Of a stretch of DNA of 32,000 nucleotides, positions 26,891 to 32,000 are shown piece after piece. Source of the DNA: an uncultured archaeon (GTDB taxonomy: Archaea > Iainarchaeota > Iainarchaeia > Iainarchaeales > Iainarchaeaceae); the NCBI GenBank assembly GCA_964577555.1, contig CAZNZM010000010.1, positions 1 through 32,000 of the forward strand, given 5' to 3'. Every line of letters begins with the position of its first letter. The first letter of the stretch is position 1. The notes beneath the pieces are model-generated. The model did no database searches and was not told the origin of the DNA. It saw nothing but the letters and a program-made list of their open reading frames with translations. A program made the translations under genes and the position numbers.

Positions 26891-27733
26891 TTATGATTTT
26901 AAAGATGAGGAAAGAAAAGTAATTTTTCTCGGCTTTTCGAATTTTGAATTTAAATTGTTTCCGGCAATTGCAAGAAAAAGTTTGGCAATTTCGTTTTCGT
27001 CAAGTCTTTTGGCACTTAAACCGCCTTTTTTGAGTTTTGTGATGCAAAGAGAACTTCTTGCTTCCAGCAAACTTTCATCAAGGCTATTCTCCGTTGGATT
27101 GTCTTCTCCAACCACTATGAAAAAACGCCTATTTCTGACTGAATTTTTCCTATTGTAATTTTCGATAAAATTTCTAAATTCAAAAAAATAATCTGAGATT
27201 TTCTTATTTCCTTGCAAAGATGCGCATTTTGATGTTTTTTCAAGGTATTCAAAAAGCGATAATTCAGTTGTTCTGACAAATATTTGTATTGGAAAGTCAA
27301 GGGAGTTAAGAAAGTCTCTATAAGCAACTATCACTGATTCTTGTTGCTTTTGTGAAAGTATTTTGAAATTTATTGGAAAAACTTCTATAATTGCTTTTTT
27401 TGAACCATCATCCAAAATTAATTTGTTGTCTTCTATTTTTTTTATTCCCGTAAATTTTTCAGATTCTTTGTCAAAAAAACCTGATTCTTTTTTTGATAAA
27501 ACAAATGACAGGAAATTAATGGAGTGTCTTGAAAAATCCAAAAACGCAAATCCGAATCCAGCAAAAGCAAGCAATATGAGCGCAGTTATTTTGATTTCAA
27601 TGCTTAAATTTGTTTTAAGGAAAAAAATCAAGCCTATTAAAATAAAAATGCCTAACCAAAAGCATTGTCTTGCTGAAAGATTGAATATTATTTTTTCTTC
27701 ATATTTTAGGTTTTTTGGTATTTCATAAGGCAT
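26891..27733 (-). CDS. VirB3(PrgI/TcpE)-like membrane protein fused to a VirB4 N-terminal-like domain
   Basis: N-terminus MPYEIPKNLKYEEKIIFNLSARQCFWLGIFILIGLIFF matches the PrgI-family pattern (x-Y-x-I-P-K-x-x-x-Y-E-E-K-I-x-F-x-L-S-x-R-Q plus 2 TM). The remainder (AIIEVFPINFKILSQKQQESVIVAYRDFLNSLDFPIQIFV) resembles the N-terminal domain of Gram-positive-type VirB4. GAGGT SD upstream. Confidence 0.6.
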   Translation of the reverse strand: MPYEIPKNLKYEEKIIFNLSARQCFWLGIFILIGLIFFLKTNLSIEIKITALILLAFAGFGFAFLDFSRHSINFLSFVLSKKESGFFDKESEKFTGIKKIEDNKLILDDGSKKAIIEVFPINFKILSQKQQESVIVAYRDFLNSLDFPIQIFVRTTELSLFEYLEKTSKCASLQGNKKISDYFFEFRNFIENYNRKNSVRNRRFFIVVGEDNPTENSLDESLLEARSSLCITKLKKGGLSAKRLDENEIAKLFLAIAGNNLNSKFEKPRKITFLSSSLKS

Positions 27734-27742
27734 GTTTTAACC

Positions 27743-28759
27743 TCAAAATGTCTGCTTTTTTTGGATGTTTTGTCCAGCAAATTGCTTTGCAAAGCTTCCG
27801 TTGAATATTGGAGCAATAACCAAATTGCTTGCAATTTGAATTACCGGTCTGAAAAACGCAAATGCCATTGCCGCAACATTAAATACTCCTATTGTGAAAA
27901 ACGCAAATGCTGGCAAGTATTGTGATGCAGGTGTGTTTCCTAAACCTATAACCACGCCTGTTGCCGCAACGATTATTATTGAATCAAAAAATTGCAACAA
28001 AATGGCTACGCCCAATATTCCAAAAATGGCTTTTCCAAATTGTTTGAGCGGTGGTGTAAAATAACTGAAAATCCCTATTGGAAGTATTGCTGTTCCAACA
28101 AGCAAAATTATTTGCCTGAAAAAAAGTGTGAATCCTGCAAAACCCGCCGCAAAAATTAGAAATATTATTAATAAAGGGTTGCTGTTTTGCATTACTGGAA
28201 AAATAAGTTTTTCAGGATGATTTCCAAGAACATGAGATGCAGCCAAGGTTCCTATTTCTATTAATATTTTGTATAAATCAAATGATGCAGAAATAATAAT
28301 CATTGATATTATCACTCCTTTGATTAATTCTTTGGCTTCTGCTCTTTTGGCATGGTTTTCAAATGCAATTATAAAAAATAATCCTGCGACAGACAAATTC
28401 ATCAAGTAAAACAAGGAAATTAATGCTATTACCGAACTCCAAATGTTTCGCATTGGTTCAATGTCAGGCGGGGAAGCAAGCAACAAATAAAAAAGTTGAG
28501 TAAGAGGGGAACCAAATTCATTTAAAGAATTTTCAAAATAATTTTTGAACAAATCAAAGCCTTGTTGCGGGAGTTTTCCGGTAAAATCCTTGATTTGGTT
28601 GGTTGCACCGCTTATTGCATTTATAACTCCACTTATATCAATATTTATTAAGGGATTTACGATAATTGGGGTTTCATTTTTTGCAGAAAATGCTGATTGG
28701 GAGTTGAAGAGCAGGCATAAGAAAACAATTGGAAGAAAGAACCAAAAAAATTTATCCAT
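27743..28759 (-). CDS. VirB6/TrbL/CedA-like polytopic membrane protein
   Basis: N-terminal signal peptide (…NSQSAFSA) followed by ~6-7 TM helices. Sits between the pilin-like gene and the VirB3/VirB4 genes. GGGAGGG SD upstream. Called from topology and synteny only. Confidence 0.55.
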   Translation of the reverse strand: MDKFFWFFLPIVFLCLLFNSQSAFSAKNETPIIVNPLINIDISGVINAISGATNQIKDFTGKLPQQGFDLFKNYFENSLNEFGSPLTQLFYLLLASPPDIEPMRNIWSSVIALISLFYLMNLSVAGLFFIIAFENHAKRAEAKELIKGVIISMIIISASFDLYKILIEIGTLAASHVLGNHPEKLIFPVMQNSNPLLIIFLIFAAGFAGFTLFFRQIILLVGTAILPIGIFSYFTPPLKQFGKAIFGILGVAILLQFFDSIIIVAATGVVIGLGNTPASQYLPAFAFFTIGVFNVAAMAFAFFRPVIQIASNLVIAPIFNGSFAKQFAGQNIQKKQTF

Positions 28760-28777
28760 AGCCTGCCCTCCCGGGTT

Positions 28778-29077
28778 TCATGGGGATGTAAGATAATTTA
28801 CAACAAGTGGAGCCACCCAAACCAGTACAAGCCCTACAATAGCGTATGACACCATTGATTTTGCATTTTCCCTTGTTTGAATGTTATTGCCAGAAAACAT
28901 GTACATTGCTCCGGCGGCTGTTATCGCTATTACTCCAAGAACCGAAATTATTGCTTTCATCAAATCATAGATTTTTGTTATCGGCTCTTTGATTTTTTCC
29001 ATATCACTTGTTGTTTCAGCTAAGCAAAAACCTGAAAGCAATATAGTTGCAATAAGAATTGTTGTAATAGTTTTCAT
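28778..29077 (-). CDS. VirB2/TrbC/CedA1-like pilin candidate
   Basis: 99 aa with a signal peptide (MKTITTILIATILLSGFCLA|ETT), then two hydrophobic helices separated by a short polar loop (SGNNIQTRENAKS). This is the canonical VirB2 topology. Strong SD GGAGGTG 5 nt upstream of the ATG, and it is the first gene of the operon. Confidence 0.6.
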   Translation of the reverse strand: MKTITTILIATILLSGFCLAETTSDMEKIKEPITKIYDLMKAIISVLGVIAITAAGAMYMFSGNNIQTRENAKSMVSYAIVGLVLVWVAPLVVNYLTSP

Positions 29078-29244
29078 ACAACACCTCCGAAGTTTGTTTA
29101 ATTCATCTTCCTTTTGTGTTGTATAAATACTTTTGGTTTTGCAAGTATAGATTTTTTGGAATTTGAATGAGTAATTTTAACTCGGCAAATCGGATTTTTG
29201 AAATTTATGTGTTTAGAATTATTGTATAAATCGTGCTGTTTTTT

Positions 29245-29595
29245 TTATCCTATCATTTTTCCATGAAATAAACCTTGTTGTTCGTCATTTTTAATTTTTG
29301 GGTTTTTTTGTTCGATTTTTTCTTTCAATTTTTGCACAATTTTTTTTCCTTTGGATTCGTTGATTATTGCAACGATTTCGTGTTTTGGTACAGGGGCGCC
29401 GCCGACTGCAACAGGCGAGTAGTCAACCGAAACATAATCGTTTTCCTTGATGTCTTTTGCTATCATTGGATTTACTTTGAATATTATCAGGTTGTCGTCC
29501 CACATTTCTACAAGCGCTTGGCTTGTTTGTTCTGCAAATTTTGAACCTTTTTCTTCCGGGTTAAGTATGTGAATAACTTTTCCTATGTGATACAT
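29245..29595 (-). CDS. hypothetical protein (116 aa)
   Basis: Intact ORF with a GAGGTG SD and non-repetitive composition. No motif recognised. Lies upstream of, and on the same strand as, the T4SS-like operon. Confidence 0.5.
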   Translation of the reverse strand: MYHIGKVIHILNPEEKGSKFAEQTSQALVEMWDDNLIIFKVNPMIAKDIKENDYVSVDYSPVAVGGAPVPKHEIVAIINESKGKKIVQKLKEKIEQKNPKIKNDEQQGLFHGKMIG

Positions 29596-29704
29596 TATAA
29601 CACCTCTTTAACAAAATTGATGGCTTAAGGTTATAAATAGTTTCAAAGAAAATTTTGGTTTTTAATTTTATTGTGCTTTGACAATTGGTGTGGCTTTTAT
29701 TATT

Positions 29705-30418
29705 TTATTTTAAAAGTATTGATGCTATAAAAGCAAGGCTGAAAAGTATTGGCTGATGTAACAAGTAAATCAGCATTGAATTTCTGCCGAGTTTTTGCAA
29801 TAATTTTGGGATTATTCCATTTGGTTTTTCAATTTCAAACGCAAGTTTGTTGTTTTTGTAAAAAAAGTGCCAAAGAAAAGAGCCTAAAAGCATTACTCCT
29901 GTCCATGGAAAAACTGGAAAAAAATCAAATGTTGGCTTTGGCTTGGAAAAACCCAGCCAAACAAGCCAGTCAATGTTTATTTGTTTTAAATCAAAAACAA
30001 ACGGCAAAGCGATTGTAATAATAGCTCCTGCAAGACTTGTTGTTTTGTTGCCGACAAATGGAATTGAAAGAATTGTTGAAACAGCTATCAAGTGTATTAT
30101 TCCAAAATAAATAAAGTTTTCAGGGAATAGTGCAAACGTAACACCCGATATAAGCAAGGCTATACAAGAAAGTTTTAAGCTTTTTTTTGCAAAACTCGCG
30201 AAAATGTTTGTATTATTTTTTTGTACTTTCATTGCAAGCGTTGCGCCAGAAATAATTAGAAAAAGGCTTGCGGTTGCTATTTGGAAAGCCCCAAAAAACC
30301 CAGTGTAAAGGTTTTCGTTTATAAACCCAAAAAAGTTTAAGTCCCAAAAGGCATGGAATGTAATCATCATTATAATGGCGATTCCTCGCAAAAAATCTAT
30401 TTCCCAAAGCCTTTTCAT
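29705..30418 (-). CDS. DUF1624 / heparan-alpha-glucosaminide N-acetyltransferase-like membrane acyltransferase
   Basis: N-terminal RLWEIDFLRGIAIIMMITFHAFWDL is the characteristic DUF1624 opening, followed by multiple TM helices. Confidence 0.7.
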   Translation of the reverse strand: MKRLWEIDFLRGIAIIMMITFHAFWDLNFFGFINENLYTGFFGAFQIATASLFLIISGATLAMKVQKNNTNIFASFAKKSLKLSCIALLISGVTFALFPENFIYFGIIHLIAVSTILSIPFVGNKTTSLAGAIITIALPFVFDLKQINIDWLVWLGFSKPKPTFDFFPVFPWTGVMLLGSFLWHFFYKNNKLAFEIEKPNGIIPKLLQKLGRNSMLIYLLHQPILFSLAFIASILLK

Positions 30419-30511
30419 TCAAAAGATCTTCTTTGAAAAACCTTTTATGTTGTTTTTTCAAAATGTTTTGGTTTTATAAACACTTTTTTATGTTAATACA
30501 TCCAAGTTATT

Positions 30512-31762
30512 ATGAATCTTAAAGGAATAAAACTTGATTCTGATATTGTAAAAGCCATAAAAGAAATCGGTTTTTCTGAATTTACTTTGATTCAAGAAAA
30601 AAGCATTCCTTTGATATTGGAAGGAAAAGATATTATCGGGCAGTCAAGTACTGGTTCTGGCAAAACCGCTGCTTTTGGCTTGCCAATTGTTGAAAATGTA
30701 AAGCATGGACAAGGCGTTCAAGCTCTTATTCTTACGCCAACTCGCGAGCTTTGTGTGCAAGTTGCAAATGCTATTTCGGTTTTTGCCAAGTATCGTAAAT
30801 TAAAAGTAATGGCTGTTTTTGGCGGAGTTTCGATTAATCCACAAAAAGAAGGTTTGAAATCTGCTGAAATTGTTGTTGGCACTCCTGGCAGAATACTTGA
30901 CCATTTGAATTCCAGGTCATTAAAACTTGACAAAGTACGTTTTTTTGTTTTGGATGAAACCGACAGAATGTGCGACATGGGTTTTTTTGACGATGTTAAA
31001 AAAATAATTGATCAAGTTCCAAAGTCCAGGCAAATAATGCTTTTTAGTGCCACAATAACAAAGGATATTCAAAAAATTGTTTCTTTGTATATGCGCAATC
31101 CTGTTACAATACGTGGAGACCAGTTTGTTGATCCTGCTTTGCTTGAACAAGTTTATTATGATGTTGCCTCAAATGAAAAATTTGCTGTGTTGGTTCATCT
31201 TTTAAAAAATAATTCTGCTGGTCTTTCAATGGTTTTTTGTGGAACAAGGAGAATGGCTGATGTTGTGGCTAGAAATCTTAGAAAAAATGGTTTGAATGCC
31301 ATGCCAATACATGGAGGTTTGACGCAAAACAAGAGGCTTCATGCAATTCATTCTTTGAAAAACAAGCACATTGATATATTAGTAGCCACTGATGTGGCGG
31401 CTAGGGGGCTTGATATTGGAGGAGTAAATTTTGTTTATAACTATGATGTGCCAAAAACTTATGAAGAATACATTCATCGAATAGGAAGAACAGCGCGCGC
31501 TGGAAAAAATGGGCTTGCAATAACTCTTCTTTCACCGTTTGACCACATCAATTTTAGGAATATTTTGCGCAATTCTTCGCTTAATATAAAAAATTTGCCT
31601 ACTCCTGCCGTTGAGCCAATTAAACTTAAAACTAACAATAATTGGCATGGAAAGTCAAGCCATTCATATCACGGTTTTCATTCAAGTGACAGGCATCATA
31701 ATAATCAACGCCGACACTTGAGGCGAGGCTCTCATTCAAAGAAATATTCAAGGCAACATTAG
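30512..31762 (+). CDS. DEAD-box ATP-dependent RNA helicase with basic/His-rich C-terminal tail
   Basis: Q motif FTLIQEKSIP, motif I GQSSTGSGKTAAF, Ia PTRELC, II VLDETDRM (DETD variant), III SAT, VI HRIGRTARAG. Tail HSYHGFHSSDRHHNNQRRHLRRGSHSKK. Confidence 0.92.
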   Translation: MNLKGIKLDSDIVKAIKEIGFSEFTLIQEKSIPLILEGKDIIGQSSTGSGKTAAFGLPIVENVKHGQGVQALILTPTRELCVQVANAISVFAKYRKLKVMAVFGGVSINPQKEGLKSAEIVVGTPGRILDHLNSRSLKLDKVRFFVLDETDRMCDMGFFDDVKKIIDQVPKSRQIMLFSATITKDIQKIVSLYMRNPVTIRGDQFVDPALLEQVYYDVASNEKFAVLVHLLKNNSAGLSMVFCGTRRMADVVARNLRKNGLNAMPIHGGLTQNKRLHAIHSLKNKHIDILVATDVAARGLDIGGVNFVYNYDVPKTYEEYIHRIGRTARAGKNGLAITLLSPFDHINFRNILRNSSLNIKNLPTPAVEPIKLKTNNNWHGKSSHSYHGFHSSDRHHNNQRRHLRRGSHSKKYSRQH

Positions 31763-31792
31763 GCAAATAAAAAATAAATTTTGGCTTGCAAA

Positions 31793-32000
31793 TTAACTGC
31801 ATCCGCTTGTGGCGCCGCAATCTTCGCATACTGTGCAAGCACCATTTCTTTTAACGCGCATTGAACCGCAACTCGCACAAGAGTCTCCAGTATAACCCTT
31901 GTTGCGCGCCAATTTTGTCTTTATTTCTTCTTCTTTGCCCATCTTGTCCAATTCTTCCATTGTTTTTGGCGTTTCTTTTTTGGCTTCAAGTTCTGGCGGA
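31793..32000 (-). CDS. C-terminal fragment of a probable class II (B12-dependent) ribonucleotide reductase; the gene continues beyond the window
   Basis: Hand translation of the minus strand gives …KLARNKGYTGDSCASCGSMRVKRNGACTVCEDCGATSGCS*. This CxxC…CxxC…GCS zinc-ribbon tail is characteristic of NrdJ-type RNRs. It is not in the ORF track because it has no start in the window. Confidence 0.55.
   Translation of the reverse strand, partial: PPELEAKKETPKTMEELDKMGKEEEIKTKLARNKGYTGDSCASCGSMRVKRNGACTVCEDCGATSGCS

Noticed and set aside
21678-29600. An integrated mobile element inserted at tRNA-Asn and carrying the T4SS-like operon
   Set aside because: No integrase or recombinase, no visible duplicate of the tRNA 3' end, and no relaxase, coupling protein or replication gene. 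The intervening genes (PadR, nitroreductase, wHTH) are not diagnostic. The question is left open in the findings but is not called as a feature.
30944-30967. DETD instead of DEAD in motif II of the helicase, and its His-rich tail
   Set aside because: Single-residue variants of motif II (DEAD/DEAH/DExD) are common within the family and all other motifs are intact. Basic or His-rich tails are frequent in DEAD-box proteins. Not considered unusual enough.

Overview
This is an AT-rich (roughly 30% GC by eye) archaeal chromosomal window. It best fits a small-genome DPANN-like archaeon: it carries the PAN proteasome ATPase, FtsZ, an archaeal-type SRP RNA and an S2P protease, and several genes have GGAGGTG-type Shine-Dalgarno sites. 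All calls rest on motif recognition and reading the sequence by eye; no searches or folding were run.

Housekeeping content: a glmS-glmM-LbH acetyltransferase operon, malic enzyme, a fused long-form GMP synthase, PAN, S2P, ftsZ, SRP RNA, tRNA-Ala(CGC), tRNA-Asn(GUU), a PadR/nitroreductase pair, a DEAD-box helicase, and the 3' end of a class II RNR-like gene.

Two things stand out:
1) A compact four-gene operon on the minus strand (25182-29077) encodes a VirB2-like pilin, a VirB6-like polytopic membrane protein, a VirB3(PrgI)-like protein fused to a VirB4 N-terminal domain, and a VirB4 ATPase. This is a minimal type IV secretion / Ced-Ted-like DNA-transfer apparatus. No relaxase, coupling protein or integrase is in view. 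The VirB4 gene is split at a TTTAAAA heptamer.
2) A dispersed family of T-tract arrays occupies five intergenic loci (about 2.4 kb in total). The arrays are punctuated by conserved short GC islands (GAGCC[AG], GTCA, GAATTC, GCAAG[CT]CA). All copies share one orientation, and each array abuts the stop codon of a minus-strand gene. I cannot assign these arrays to any repeat class I know.

Other items worth a look: a 1112-aa HerA/FtsK-like ATPase with an acidic disordered N-terminus, a Cys-rich repeat lipoprotein, Lys-rich proteins flanking the arrays, and a tRNA-Ala with non-canonical D and T loops.
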